Source: an uncultured Pelagibacteraceae bacterium (GTDB lineage: Bacteria; Pseudomonadota; Alphaproteobacteria; Pelagibacterales; Pelagibacteraceae). Taken from it: DNA of 64,000 nucleotides. The stretch covers positions 4,134-68,133 of the forward strand of contig CACBRW010000001.1 in the NCBI GenBank assembly GCA_902541745.1, given 5' to 3'. The notes under the pieces were generated by a model that did no database searches, was not told the origin of the DNA, and was given only the letters and a program-made list of their open reading frames with translations. Below, one piece after another: positions 47,999 to 58,400 of the stretch; position 1 is the first letter of the stretch, and each line of letters opens with the position of its first letter. The translations under genes were made by a program, and so were the position numbers.

Positions 47999-48773
47999 TA
48001 CCTTTTGATGGTGAGGATGGATTTCCCATTAAAATTTTATCTATTCTTCCAGATTTATAAGATTGTCTTCCAGCAATAACTGCATTTTTAAAAGCTAGAG
48101 CCATTTCAAATGGTTTTTTTGCTTTTGCAATAGCAGTGTTAACTAGTACTCCATCACATCCTAATTCCATTGCAATTGTTGCGTCTGAAGCTTGACCTAA
48201 ACCAGCGTCTATGATTAGTGGAAGTTTGGTTTGTTTTCTAATTATTTGAATATTAATTTTGTTTTGAATTCCAAGTCCTGATCCGATTGGGGCCGCTAAT
48301 GGCATAATAGCATCAGCACCAGAATTCTCTAAACGCTTAGCCATTAAAGGATCATCATTGCAATAAACCATAACCTTAAAACCTTCTTTAGCGAGAACTT
48401 CTGTAGATTTTAAAGTTTCAATCATATCAGGAAATAAATTCTTTTTATCTCCTAAAACTTCTAATTTAACTAACTTCCAACCACCTATTTCTCTTGCTAA
48501 TCTCAAAGTTCTCAAAGCTTCTTTTGAATTAAAACATCCAGCAGTATTGGGTAAATATGTAATTTTTTTTGGATCAACATAATCCATTAGTAAAGGTTTT
48601 TTTTTATCTGAAATATTCACCCTTCTTACTGCAACTGTTACAATTTCTGCTCCAGAAAGCTTAATTGCTTTTGCACACTCAGCCATACTTTTATATTTTC
48701 CTGTTCCAACAATTAATCTGGAATAAAATTTTTTATTTGCAATAATCAAACTATCTTTTTTCAAATTAACCAC
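47991..48773 (-). CDS. thiG: Thiazole synthase
   Basis: GTGKY, LPNTAGC, KLEV, MPLAAPIGSG, DAG, VLVNTA. Confidence 0.96.
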   Translation of the reverse strand: MVNLKKDSLIIANKKFYSRLIVGTGKYKSMAECAKAIKLSGAEIVTVAVRRVNISDKKKPLLMDYVDPKKITYLPNTAGCFNSKEALRTLRLAREIGGWKLVKLEVLGDKKNLFPDMIETLKSTEVLAKEGFKVMVYCNDDPLMAKRLENSGADAIMPLAAPIGSGLGIQNKINIQIIRKQTKLPLIIDAGLGQASDATIAMELGCDGVLVNTAIAKAKKPFEMALAFKNAVIAGRQSYKSGRIDKILMGNPSSPSKGII

Positions 48774-48984
48774 CTCCTATAAAATGAACTATTTCAATTT
48801 TATCATTTTTATTTAATTTTATTTTATTAATTTTTTTTTTATCTATTATTTCTTCATTAAGCTCTATTGCTACTTTATTTAATGGTATTTTAAGATTTTT
48901 AAGCACTATAGACAGGTTGCAATGTTCAGTTATAGATTTGATTTTGCCATTTATTTTAATTTTTATTTTTTTTATTTTTTTCAT
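48766..48984 (-). CDS. thiS: Thiamine biosynthesis sulfur carrier
   Basis: ING near the N-terminus, C-terminal EIVHFIGGG, adjacent to thiG. Confidence 0.92.
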   Translation of the reverse strand: MKKIKKIKIKINGKIKSITEHCNLSIVLKNLKIPLNKVAIELNEEIIDKKKINKIKLNKNDKIEIVHFIGGG

Positions 48985-49000
48985 CGTATATAAATGCTGA

Positions 49001-49450
49001 ATGAATAATAAAATAATTATTATTAATGGTCCAAATCTTAATCTATTAGGAGAAAGAGAACAATCACAATATGGATCGACTACGTTTGACCAACTTAGAG
49101 ATAATTGCTCTAAAAAAGGAGAAGAAATTGGTCTTGATGTTGAATTTGCTCAATCTAATGTTGAAGGAGAGCTTGTAAATATAATTCAAGATGCTAGGAA
49201 AAAATTTGATGGTATGATTATAAATGCTGCTGCGTTTACCCACACTTCTGTAGCCATAAGGGATGCTTTAGACTTATTTAAAAAACCAATAATAGAGCTA
49301 CACCTATCAAATATTTATAAAAGAGAAGAATTTAGACATAAATCACTTATAAGCGGTGTCGTAACTGGAGGAATTTTTGGATTAGGTGCTGAAGGATATA
49401 TTTTGGCCATAATTTCATTACAAAAGATTTTTCAAAATGAAAATAAATAA
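49001..49450 (+). CDS. aroQ: Type II 3-dehydroquinate dehydratase
   Basis: NGPNLNLLG.RE, QSN.EG, THTSVA, HLSN..REEFRH. Confidence 0.96.
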   Translation: MNNKIIIINGPNLNLLGEREQSQYGSTTFDQLRDNCSKKGEEIGLDVEFAQSNVEGELVNIIQDARKKFDGMIINAAAFTHTSVAIRDALDLFKKPIIELHLSNIYKREEFRHKSLISGVVTGGIFGLGAEGYILAIISLQKIFQNENK

Positions 49451-49871
49451 AAAAATAATTCAAGAATTAAGTGATTATTTAAAAGAATTTAATCTTACTG
49501 AGATAGAGATAACTGAAAAAGACACAAAAATTAAAGTATCAAAAAATAACGTTTCAATTAGTAATCAGCCACAAGCAATTTCTCCGTCATCAACAGTAAC
49601 AAATTCAGCACCTTCTCAAACTCAAAATATTAAATCAGGAACTGAAATTACCTCACCTATAATAGGAACAGCATATCATGCTCCAGAACCTGGTGCAAAA
49701 AAATTTGTTGAGATTGGAAAAAAAATTAAAAAAGGAGATACGATTATGATTGTAGAGGCAATGAAAACAATGAATCATGTACCTTCAACAGCTGATGGTG
49801 TTGTAAAAGAAATTTGTGTAGAAGACGGACAGCCAGTCGAATTTGGTCAAACTATTATTATCCTTGAATAA
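49437..49871 (+). CDS. accB: Acetyl-CoA carboxylase biotin carboxyl carrier protein
   Basis: EAMKT biotinylation motif, PVEFGQ. Confidence 0.95.
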   Translation: MKINKKIIQELSDYLKEFNLTEIEITEKDTKIKVSKNNVSISNQPQAISPSSTVTNSAPSQTQNIKSGTEITSPIIGTAYHAPEPGAKKFVEIGKKIKKGDTIMIVEAMKTMNHVPSTADGVVKEICVEDGQPVEFGQTIIILE

Positions 49872-49874
49872 ATA

Positions 49875-51212
49875 ATGTTTAAAAAAATTTTAATTGCAAA
49901 CCGTGGGGAAATTGCAGTTAGAATTATTAGAGCATGTAAAGAATGGGGAATCTCTACTGTAGCTGTTCATTCGGATGTAGATAGAGAAAGTATGCATGTT
50001 AGAATGGCTGATGAAAGCGTATGTATTGGTTCTCATCAACCAGCAAATAGTTATTTAAATATTCCAGCTTTAATGTCCGCAATTGAGCTTACAAATTCTG
50101 ATGCTGTTCATCCTGGCTATGGTTTTCTCTCTGAAAATGCAAATTTTGCAAGAATTTTAGAAGAAAACAAAATTAATTTTATTGGAGCCTCATCAAAACA
50201 TATTGAAATGATGGGCGACAAAATCCAAGCAAAAAGAATAGCTAAAGAAAACGGATTGCCTGTTATTGAGGGGTCTGAAGGTGGTGTAAAAGATGTTTCT
50301 GAAGCAAAAGAACTTTGTAAAAAAATCGGTTTTCCTGTCCTAATCAAAGCCTCAGGCGGAGGTGGGGGTAAAGGTATGAAAATAGTTTATAAGGAAGAAG
50401 AATTTGAAACTTTGTTTTCGACTGCAAAAACAGAAGCACAAAAATACTTTGGTAATGACGAAGTTTATATTGAAAAATTTTTTCAAAATCCGAGACATAT
50501 TGAGGTTCAAATATTAGCTGGAAAAAATAGAGCAGTTCACCTACATGAGAGAGATTGTTCGGTTCAAAGAAGACATCAAAAATTAATAGAGGAAACACCA
50601 AGTCCAGTTCTAAATGATCAAATAAGAAAAGATTTATTTGAAAGAACAGTAAAAATGGTAGCTAAAATAGGTTATATGGGAGCTGGTACTGTTGAGTTCA
50701 TATATGAAGATGGAAAGTTTTATTTCCTTGAAATGAATACAAGAGTTCAAGTTGAACATCCAGTTACTGAGATGGTTACTGGCATTGATATAATTAAAGA
50801 GCAAATTTGGATTGCCTTTTCAGGAGAAACAGCTTTGAAACAAAGTGATATAAATCCTAGAGGACATGCAATTGAATGTAGAATAAATGCTGAAGATGCT
50901 AGTAAAAACTTTCAACCTTCGCCTGGAGTTATTACTATGTGTCATCAACCATCAGGTTTTAGAACAAGAGTAGATGGTTCAATATTTCAAGGATATAAGG
51001 TAACACCATATTACGATAGTATGGTTTGTAAGTTAATCTGTCATGGAAGAAATAGAACTGAGGCAATTCAAAGAATGAATAGATCTTTAGATGAGTTTGT
51101 AATCGAAGGTATTACTACAACTATCCCACTACATAAAAAATTACTAAATCACAAAAAATTTATTAATTCAGATTTTAATGTAAGTTGGCTAGATAAGGAC
51201 TCTATAGTTTAA
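49875..51212 (+). CDS. accC: Acetyl-CoA carboxylase biotin carboxylase
   Basis: ANRGEIA, HPGYGFLSE, GGGGKG, RDCSVQRR, EMNTRVQVEH. Confidence 0.97.
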   Translation: MFKKILIANRGEIAVRIIRACKEWGISTVAVHSDVDRESMHVRMADESVCIGSHQPANSYLNIPALMSAIELTNSDAVHPGYGFLSENANFARILEENKINFIGASSKHIEMMGDKIQAKRIAKENGLPVIEGSEGGVKDVSEAKELCKKIGFPVLIKASGGGGGKGMKIVYKEEEFETLFSTAKTEAQKYFGNDEVYIEKFFQNPRHIEVQILAGKNRAVHLHERDCSVQRRHQKLIEETPSPVLNDQIRKDLFERTVKMVAKIGYMGAGTVEFIYEDGKFYFLEMNTRVQVEHPVTEMVTGIDIIKEQIWIAFSGETALKQSDINPRGHAIECRINAEDASKNFQPSPGVITMCHQPSGFRTRVDGSIFQGYKVTPYYDSMVCKLICHGRNRTEAIQRMNRSLDEFVIEGITTTIPLHKKLLNHKKFINSDFNVSWLDKDSIV

Positions 51213-51616
51213 TAACAACTAACAAGCCAAACATCATAAACAGGATGATCAAAGGGTGTTATTGAAGGGCTAGATGAAAACATCCATCCATTGAAAACAA
51301 ATACCTCATCATTATTTCTATCCGTTAAATCTCTTACTTGTATATAGGCAGTTATTTCAGGATTATCATCAAACTCAGAATTTTTACATTTAAGACTTTT
51401 AATAGACAAATCTTTAAATTTTATTAATTCTCCATTTTTAAGTTTAAGCAAGGTATTTTTGGAACTAATTTTGTCCAAAATTTTTAGATTGGTAAAAGTT
51501 CCTTCTAAATTAACTTTTGAGTTTGAATTAAAAACTAAAATAAAATAAAATAAAAAAATTAAACAGATTAATTTAAAATTATTCTTTCCAACTTGAGTAT
51601 TTCTTTTTAACACCAT
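51209..51616 (-). CDS. DUF2155 family protein
   Basis: LDKIS, FNGWMFSSSP, DHPVYDVW..C. Confidence 0.85.
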   Translation of the reverse strand: MVLKRNTQVGKNNFKLICLIFLFYFILVFNSNSKVNLEGTFTNLKILDKISSKNTLLKLKNGELIKFKDLSIKSLKCKNSEFDDNPEITAYIQVRDLTDRNNDEVFVFNGWMFSSSPSITPFDHPVYDVWLVSCY

Positions 51617-51938
51617 CTTTATTTTTATTTGGATAATATGCTGAGTCAGTTCCAGTTAAATTTTCTTGATGTGGTTTTTGCCATTCATATTTTTCTAAAG
51701 TATGTTTTTTCTCGATTTTATTAGGTGTAAAATGCATCCAAGAATACCATTCAACAGGAATTTTTGATGCATCAATAGTCTTTGAATAAATGACCCATCT
51801 TTTTCCATCTTTACTCTCATAGTATTTATTACCTAGTTCATCAGTACCAGCTAGTTTTCCAAAAAAAATAGTTTTTAATCTTGTTCCAAAAGTATCCTGA
51901 TTCCACCATGTGAAAATTTTTCTTAAGAGTGTCAACAT
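51579..51938 (-). CDS. NADH:ubiquinone oxidoreductase accessory subunit NDUFA12 (17.2 kDa) family
   Basis: FTWW, GNKYY, RWVIY, DAS.IP.EW.SWMH, NLTGT; start uncertain (51938 or 51959). Confidence 0.9.
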   Translation of the reverse strand: MLTLLRKIFTWWNQDTFGTRLKTIFFGKLAGTDELGNKYYESKDGKRWVIYSKTIDASKIPVEWYSWMHFTPNKIEKKHTLEKYEWQKPHQENLTGTDSAYYPNKNKDGVKKKYSSWKE

Positions 51939-52052
51939 AATATTTTTTAATTTATTCAATCAAAAATTGTAAAATTTAAATTAGACTAAAATATGAATAT
52001 GTATATAAATTAATTGATTCATTATTCAAATTAAAATTTAAATTGAGGTTAA

Positions 52053-52877
52053 ATGGCAAAGTATCTAGTTGAAACTTATTATACCTGTACCTTTAAGGTA
52101 AATCATTATTTAGATGATATTAATGAGGCAGAGTTAAAAAATTTAGAAAAAAGAGACGATGGTAAATTTGAGGTTTTAGATGTAAAACTTGACAATAGAA
52201 AAACAAAAAATTTAGACCCACAAAACAATAAAGTTCTAGAAAAAAACAAAGTAGAAATAATTACCGAAACCAATAATAAAAGCAAAATACATAAAGAAAG
52301 TGTAATAACAGGTATAAACACAGCTAACGAGAAGTCAGGTAAAAGATTTAGCATGCCTGATAGAAGAAAAGGATATATTCAAAAAGCTACTATTGGTGAT
52401 CACAAAGTTTACCTACATACAGGAGAATATGAAGATGGGAAAATTGGAGAAATATTTATTGATACCAGTAAAGAAGGTGAGTTGGTTAAAGCTTTAATGA
52501 ATAATTTTGCAATTGCTGTTTCTTTAGGTCTTCAGTACGGTGTTCCGTTAGATGAGTTTATAAGTGCATTTGTAGGCACAAAATTTGAACCATCTGGCAA
52601 GGTCCATGGTAATGATAGAATTTTAAGTGCCACATCAATTTTGGATTATATTTTCAGAGAATTAGCTATTTCATATCAAAATAGAGAAGATTTAGCCCAT
52701 ACTCCAGCTATTGGAGTTAATGATGCCATCAATACAGAGGATCAAAACTCTGAGGATCAAAATCAATTATTAAAAATTGTTAAAGATATTACTAGCAAAG
52801 GTTTTGTAAGAAATAATTATAAAAAAAATCTAGTTGATCTTTCAGATGTAAAAATAAGTTTAAAAGGTAAAAAATAA
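52053..52877 (+). CDS. Stand-alone class II ribonucleotide reductase (NrdJ) C-terminal TSCPD-like domain with an unrecognised N-terminus
   Basis: [58 protein letters not shown] matches the alphaproteobacterial NrdJ tail; SD GAGG; no catalytic barrel. Confidence 0.8.
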   Translation: MAKYLVETYYTCTFKVNHYLDDINEAELKNLEKRDDGKFEVLDVKLDNRKTKNLDPQNNKVLEKNKVEIITETNNKSKIHKESVITGINTANEKSGKRFSMPDRRKGYIQKATIGDHKVYLHTGEYEDGKIGEIFIDTSKEGELVKALMNNFAIAVSLGLQYGVPLDEFISAFVGTKFEPSGKVHGNDRILSATSILDYIFRELAISYQNREDLAHTPAIGVNDAINTEDQNSEDQNQLLKIVKDITSKGFVRNNYKKNLVDLSDVKISLKGKK

Positions 52878-52878
52878 C

Positions 52879-54663
52879 TTATTTTTTAGTTTTTAAAGCT
52901 AAATTTAATTCTTTCAATTGATCTGGATTTACCTCAGATGGTGCATTCATCATCAAATCTTGAGCGTTTTGATTCATTGGAAACATGGTAACTTCTCTTA
53001 TATTTCTCTCATTAGCTAATAGCATTACTATCCTGTCAATACCAGGTGCTATTCCACCATGTGGTGGCGCTCCGTAACTGAGTGCATTAATCATACCACT
53101 AAATTTTTCATCTACTTGATTTTTATCATATCCTGCAATCGAGAAAAGTTTATACATAAGTTCTGGTTTATGATTTCTAATTGCTCCTGAAGATAATTCT
53201 ATGCCATTACAAACTATGTCGTATTGATATGCAAGTATATCTAATGGGTTTTCAAAATCTTTTTCACTTAAATCACCTTGAGGCATTGAAAATGGATTAT
53301 GACTAAATTCAATCTTGTTTGTTGATTCATCTTTTTCGAACATTGGATAATCTACAATCCAACAAAATGCGAAAATATTTTCATCAATTAAATCAAGATC
53401 TTTTGCAATTTTATCTCTTGCAAGTGCAGTAATTTTTTCTAATTCATCTTGTTTTCCACAAGCCATGAAAATACTATCCCCTATTTCACAATTTGTTTTA
53501 TTCATGATTTCAACCAATGCATCTTGAGAAAAGAATTTTCCTATAGGGCCTTTTGCTGAAATATCTTTATCTTTTTCAAAAGTAAAATAAGCTAAACCAG
53601 AAGCACCTTCCTCTTTTGCCCATTTATCAATATTATCAAAAAAACTTCTGGGTTTATCTTTTGTATTTTTTGTAACAATACATCTTACTTTAGATCCAGA
53701 TTTTACTAATTTTTTAAATATTTCAAATGAAACATCTTCTCTTGTAAAAATTTCAGTTATATCGTTTACAATGAGTGGGTTTCTTAAATCTGGTTTATCA
53801 GTACCATATTTAAGCATTGCGTCCATGTATGAAATCTTTGGAAATTTATCAAACATCAGTTTTTTAGTTGAAAAATTTTTAAATGTATTAACCATTAACT
53901 TTTCAACAACATTAAATACATCCTCTTGTTCGACAAATGACATTTCCAAATCTAATTGATAAAACTCCCCAGGACTTCTGTCTGCTCTTGCATCTTCATC
54001 TCTGAAACAAGGTGCAATTTGAAAGTATCTATCAAAGCCCGAAACCATTATTAATTGTTTAAATTGCTGAGGAGCTTGTGGTAGTGCATAAAATTTTCCT
54101 GGATTTAAACGACTAGGTACTAAAAAATCTCTAGCACCCTCTGGGCTAGATGAGGTTAAAATTGGTGTTTGAAATTCTAAAAAACCTAATTTAGTCATTT
54201 CATTTCGGATGTATGAAATAACCTTCGATCTTAAAATAATATTTTCATGGATTTTTTTTCTTCTTAAATCTAAGAATCTATATTTCAATCTTATTTCTTC
54301 TGCATATTCTTGATCACTAAAGATTGGCATGGGAAGTTCTTTACAAGTGCCTAAAACTTCATGCTGCTCAATAACAACCTCTATTTCACCAGTGTCAATT
54401 TCAGAATTAATTGTTTCTTTAGATCTGTTAACAACTTTCCCCTCAACTTTAATTACTGTTTCTAATTGCATTTTTTCTAAATCAGAAAAATATTTATTAT
54501 CTTTATCAATTATACATTGGGTAATTCCAAAATTATCTCTCAAATCAATAAATAATAAATTCCCATGGTCTCTTTTTTTATTTATCCAGCCTGAAAGAGA
54601 AATTTTTTTGTCTACATCCTCTTTTCTTAATTCATTACACTTATGTGTTCTGTATTTATTCAA
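52879..54663 (-). CDS. aspS: Aspartate--tRNA ligase (probably non-discriminating)
   Basis: YRTH.C, RDHG, LPQAPQ, CFRDED, GAPPHGGIA.G.DR; TTG start. Confidence 0.97.
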   Translation of the reverse strand: MNKYRTHKCNELRKEDVDKKISLSGWINKKRDHGNLLFIDLRDNFGITQCIIDKDNKYFSDLEKMQLETVIKVEGKVVNRSKETINSEIDTGEIEVVIEQHEVLGTCKELPMPIFSDQEYAEEIRLKYRFLDLRRKKIHENIILRSKVISYIRNEMTKLGFLEFQTPILTSSSPEGARDFLVPSRLNPGKFYALPQAPQQFKQLIMVSGFDRYFQIAPCFRDEDARADRSPGEFYQLDLEMSFVEQEDVFNVVEKLMVNTFKNFSTKKLMFDKFPKISYMDAMLKYGTDKPDLRNPLIVNDITEIFTREDVSFEIFKKLVKSGSKVRCIVTKNTKDKPRSFFDNIDKWAKEEGASGLAYFTFEKDKDISAKGPIGKFFSQDALVEIMNKTNCEIGDSIFMACGKQDELEKITALARDKIAKDLDLIDENIFAFCWIVDYPMFEKDESTNKIEFSHNPFSMPQGDLSEKDFENPLDILAYQYDIVCNGIELSSGAIRNHKPELMYKLFSIAGYDKNQVDEKFSGMINALSYGAPPHGGIAPGIDRIVMLLANERNIREVTMFPMNQNAQDLMMNAPSEVNPDQLKELNLALKTKK

Positions 54664-55326
54664 TCAAACCTCTAATGCTTCTTTTATAATTTTAAAATCG
54701 ATTGGTTTCTTTCTTTTTAAACTAATTTCGTCGATTTTATATATGAAATCGGAAATTTTGCCATAAGTTCTATCAATTCTCTTAATTATAAATTCAATAA
54801 GTTTTTGGTCTATTGATATTTGACGATCAGAAAGATTTTTTAATATTAACGCATAAATTAAATCGTCTCCAGGTTTTTCAATTTGAGATAAAATAAAATT
54901 ATTAGATCTTGAATTAAGATCATTTAATTTAAAATTAAAGTCAACTATTGGTATTTTTGAGGTTACTATTAAGTACTTATTATCCTGATCTATTATATTT
55001 ATAAGTGTAAATAACAAGTTTTCATTTATTTTTTCAGTTAAATCTTCAACAATAATATTTTCATATATTTTAATTTGTTGAAGAAAGTCATTATTAATAT
55101 CTTCTGCATTAATTTTAATTCCTCTGTGCTTTTCTAAAAATATATTTATTAAATGACTTTTTCCTGAAAACTTTTCACCTATTAAATTTATAAAATTTTT
55201 ATCCCATTTTGGCCAACTATTTAAAAGACTAAAAGAGTGTTCGTTGCTCTTTGAAACATAAAAATCCTGATCTTTAAAATTTTGATCATAATCAAATTTA
55301 AGTATTTGCTGATTAAGATTTGTCAT
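54664..55326 (-). CDS. hda: DnaA regulatory inactivator HdaA-like AAA+ protein
   Basis: N-terminal clamp-binding-like QQILKF, F.VS.SN, GKSHL, DL.SR; near purM. Confidence 0.8.
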   Translation of the reverse strand: MTNLNQQILKFDYDQNFKDQDFYVSKSNEHSFSLLNSWPKWDKNFINLIGEKFSGKSHLINIFLEKHRGIKINAEDINNDFLQQIKIYENIIVEDLTEKINENLLFTLINIIDQDNKYLIVTSKIPIVDFNFKLNDLNSRSNNFILSQIEKPGDDLIYALILKNLSDRQISIDQKLIEFIIKRIDRTYGKISDFIYKIDEISLKRKKPIDFKIIKEALEV

Positions 55327-56401
55327 TTAAAACCCAAATTTTATTTTTAATTTCAAAATCATAATTTTGATTACGCATAACCTCTAAAAATTTATCTGGC
55401 GTTCCATTAAAAATAACTTTATAAAAATTATTTTGGTTATTGAATTTATAAATGTGAAAATTATATATCAAATCCAAATTAGATAAAATTTTTTCGAATT
55501 TATTAATTTTTATATTATTGGAATTTTCTATAGAAATATTTAAAGATAACTTTACAGACGTATTAATTTGATTTTGTGATTTCCAAAAATCTTCATAAAA
55601 TAATTTTAAATTATTAATAAATTTGAATATCTCTTCTTCATCATCGAAATTAACCCCAGTATAATTTATATTTTTTAATGTATTTTTTTGGTTAAAAAAA
55701 ATTTTGTTATATACTCTTACTTTATCATTATCTTTAAATACAATCATAATTATGTGATCATTTATATTGTATTTATTAATAATTTCTTTGAAGTTATAAG
55801 TTTCCAAATTATTCATATTTTTTTTTATCAAACTAAAATCATCAAGATCTTGAGTGGGCAAGATATAATTTAAAAGACTGTATTTTTTATTATTTGAATT
55901 CCAGCTAGAAAAAAATTTATTCTCAGAGAACATTGAAACTTGATTTTTATTCTGATCAACAAAAACTGGAATAAATAAGAAATCTTTTTTTACAGGTAAA
56001 GATGGAAAAATATTTTTCGTTTCTAATAAATCGAATATATTTTTTTTATTAAATGAAACATTTAGAGTGAGATAATAGATTTCATCAATAAACTTTTCTT
56101 CTTTAATCGAGAAAGTCGCAATCATTCCTTTTATTTGGTTAATTGGTATATTTTTTAATTTTATTTGATCTTTACTTTGGACAATTGAAAAAATTAGTTC
56201 GTTAAATGCCTTTTCGAAGCCTTCATCGATAATTTCATTTTTATTAAAATTTATTTCAAAAGGTGTTGATATTTCAATATCATTTATAGAAAATGTCTTT
56301 GCGTGACCTTTTCCTGTGGAAAAGAAAATATTTATTAAAGCAAGAAATAAAAAAAAATTATATAAAAGCTTTAAATTACATAGTAGAGAAATAAATTTCA
56401 T
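55313..56401 (-). CDS. Exported hypothetical protein (DUF2066-like), divergent from purM
   Basis: Signal peptide, conserved position between hda and purM. Confidence 0.6.
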   Translation of the reverse strand: MKFISLLCNLKLLYNFFLFLALINIFFSTGKGHAKTFSINDIEISTPFEINFNKNEIIDEGFEKAFNELIFSIVQSKDQIKLKNIPINQIKGMIATFSIKEEKFIDEIYYLTLNVSFNKKNIFDLLETKNIFPSLPVKKDFLFIPVFVDQNKNQVSMFSENKFFSSWNSNNKKYSLLNYILPTQDLDDFSLIKKNMNNLETYNFKEIINKYNINDHIIMIVFKDNDKVRVYNKIFFNQKNTLKNINYTGVNFDDEEEIFKFINNLKLFYEDFWKSQNQINTSVKLSLNISIENSNNIKINKFEKILSNLDLIYNFHIYKFNNQNNFYKVIFNGTPDKFLEVMRNQNYDFEIKNKIWVLNDKS

Positions 56402-56412
56402 AAAACATATTA

Positions 56413-57444
56413 ATGAATAAAAAAAAATTTACCTATAAAAAAAGTGGAGTTAATATCAAAGCTGCAGATAAGTTTGTTGATTTCATTTCTACAGTTTCAG
56501 CAAAAAAAAGAGGCAAAAAAAAGTTTTCTAATATAGGTGGATTTGGTTCAATCACAAATATACCAAGTAATATTAAACATCCTAGAATCGTTGCTTGTAC
56601 TGATGGTGTTGGCACTAAAATTGAAATTGCTAATACTTTAAATAAATTCGATACAATTGGAATTGACCTAGTTGCAATGAGTGTAAACGATTTAATCGTT
56701 CAAGGAGCTAAACCTCTACTTTTTTTAGATTATATATCTATAAATAAAATTGATCTTAAAAAACTTAAATCTATAATAAAAGGGATTAACAAAGGCTGCC
56801 ATCAATCAGAATGTGAACTCGTTGGTGGAGAAACTGCCGAAATGCCAGGTACTTATGAAAAAGGAAAATTTGATATCGCAGGTTTTGCTGTAGGAGTTGT
56901 AGGAAAGAATAAAATTTTAAATAAAAATAAAATAAAAAAAAATAATCTTATAGTTGCAATTCCTTCTAGTGGTTTACATTCTAATGGGTATTCTCTTGTA
57001 AGATATTTATTAAAACTAAAAAAAATAAATATTAAAAAAAATAATTTTTTAAAATCTGAGCTTCTGAAACCAACTAAAATATATGTTAAAGAAATAATGA
57101 ATTTAATAAAAAACAACTTAATCAATGGCTGTGCAAATATAACTGGGGGAGGTTTGTCTGATAATATTAAAAGAATTATTCCAGATAAACTCTCAGCACA
57201 TATAAGTTTAGATAAAATTGAAACTTCAAAAATATTTAATTGGCTTAAAAATAATGGAATTTCTGATAAAGAAATGCTCAAAACATTTAACTGTGGAGTT
57301 GGTTTTTGTCTTATTGTTGAAAGTAAAAATTTAAAAAAAATAAGTAAATTTTTTTCAAAAGAATACAAACCATATGTTATTGGAAAAATTTTTAATGGTA
57401 AAAATAAAGTTAAGTTAAATGGTTCGATCAACTGGTCACAATAG
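56413..57444 (+). CDS. purM: Phosphoribosylformylglycinamidine cyclo-ligase
   Basis: TDGVGTK, GIDLVAM.VND, GGETAEMPG, SSGLHSNGYS, TFNCG. Confidence 0.97.
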   Translation: MNKKKFTYKKSGVNIKAADKFVDFISTVSAKKRGKKKFSNIGGFGSITNIPSNIKHPRIVACTDGVGTKIEIANTLNKFDTIGIDLVAMSVNDLIVQGAKPLLFLDYISINKIDLKKLKSIIKGINKGCHQSECELVGGETAEMPGTYEKGKFDIAGFAVGVVGKNKILNKNKIKKNNLIVAIPSSGLHSNGYSLVRYLLKLKKINIKKNNFLKSELLKPTKIYVKEIMNLIKNNLINGCANITGGGLSDNIKRIIPDKLSAHISLDKIETSKIFNWLKNNGISDKEMLKTFNCGVGFCLIVESKNLKKISKFFSKEYKPYVIGKIFNGKNKVKLNGSINWSQ

Positions 57445-58000
57445 AGTAAGAACAGCTGTATTTATCTCAGGGACAGGCAGTAATTTAAAATCTTTAGCTA
57501 TATTTTCTAAAACTAAAATATCTCCTATATCAATTAACTTTATTGTTTCAAATAACTCTAAGGCAAACGGTTTAAATTATGCCAAAAAATTTAAAATTAA
57601 AAAAAAAGTTTTAAGTTTTAAAAATAAAAAATTAAGTGAAAATAAGCTACTTTCTATCTTAAAAAAAAATAATATTGAAATGATTTGTCTAGCCGGATTT
57701 ATGAAAATTTTGTCAGAAAATTTTATAAAAAAATTTAAAGGAAAAATTTTAAATATACACCCCTCTTTACTGCCTAAATACAAAGGATTAAATACTCACC
57801 AAAGAGTATTAAACAATAAGGAAAAGTATTCAGGATGTACTGTTCATTTTGTAAATGCTAGATTAGACTCTGGGAAGATTATTTTACAAAAGAAAGTCAG
57901 GATTTCAAAAAAAGATACTGAGTCTTCTCTTGCTAAAAAAATTTTAGCTCAAGAACATAAGTTGTACCCAAAAGCTATATTAAAAGTTTTTAATCTTTAA
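57419..58000 (+). CDS. purN: Phosphoribosylglycinamide formyltransferase
   Basis: ISGTGSN, LAGFM, NIHPSLLP, GCTVH..LDSG. Confidence 0.96.
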   Translation: MVRSTGHNRVRTAVFISGTGSNLKSLAIFSKTKISPISINFIVSNNSKANGLNYAKKFKIKKKVLSFKNKKLSENKLLSILKKNNIEMICLAGFMKILSENFIKKFKGKILNIHPSLLPKYKGLNTHQRVLNNKEKYSGCTVHFVNARLDSGKIILQKKVRISKKDTESSLAKKILAQEHKLYPKAILKVFNL

Positions 58001-58400
58001 AGAAAAAATCTATTTCAATTTTAGCATTTTCAACACTATCAGATCCGTGGACAGAGTTTTTGTCTATTGAAATCCCATATTTTTTTCTAATTGTACCTTC
58101 TTCTGCATCTTCTGGATTTGTAGCACCCATTAATTCTCTGTTTCCTAAAACTGCATTATCTTTTTCTAAAACCATTACAACAATTGGACCAGATGATAGG
58201 TATGCGCATAAATCATTATAAAATGGCTTTGTTTCATGAACTTTGTAAAACTTTTCAGCTTCCGATTTTTCAATTTGGATTTTTTTTTCTTTGAAAATTA
58301 CAAAACCATTACTTTTAAACATTTCTTTAATTTCATTTTCTAGATTTCTCTCTACTGCATCTGGTTTAATTATTGATAAGGTTTGTTCTAAATTACTCAT
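57990..58400 (-). CDS. ndk: Nucleoside diphosphate kinase
   Basis: IIKPDAV, GATNP, NSVHGSD; start at MSNLEQ. Confidence 0.96.
   Translation of the reverse strand: MSNLEQTLSIIKPDAVERNLENEIKEMFKSNGFVIFKEKKIQIEKSEAEKFYKVHETKPFYNDLCAYLSSGPIVVMVLEKDNAVLGNRELMGATNPEDAEEGTIRKKYGISIDKNSVHGSDSVENAKIEIDFFFKD

Noticed and set aside
51960-52052. Direct repeat TAAAATTTAAATT (51970 and 52032) and a possible NrdR box
   Set aside because: Low-complexity AT sequence with no convincing NrdR consensus
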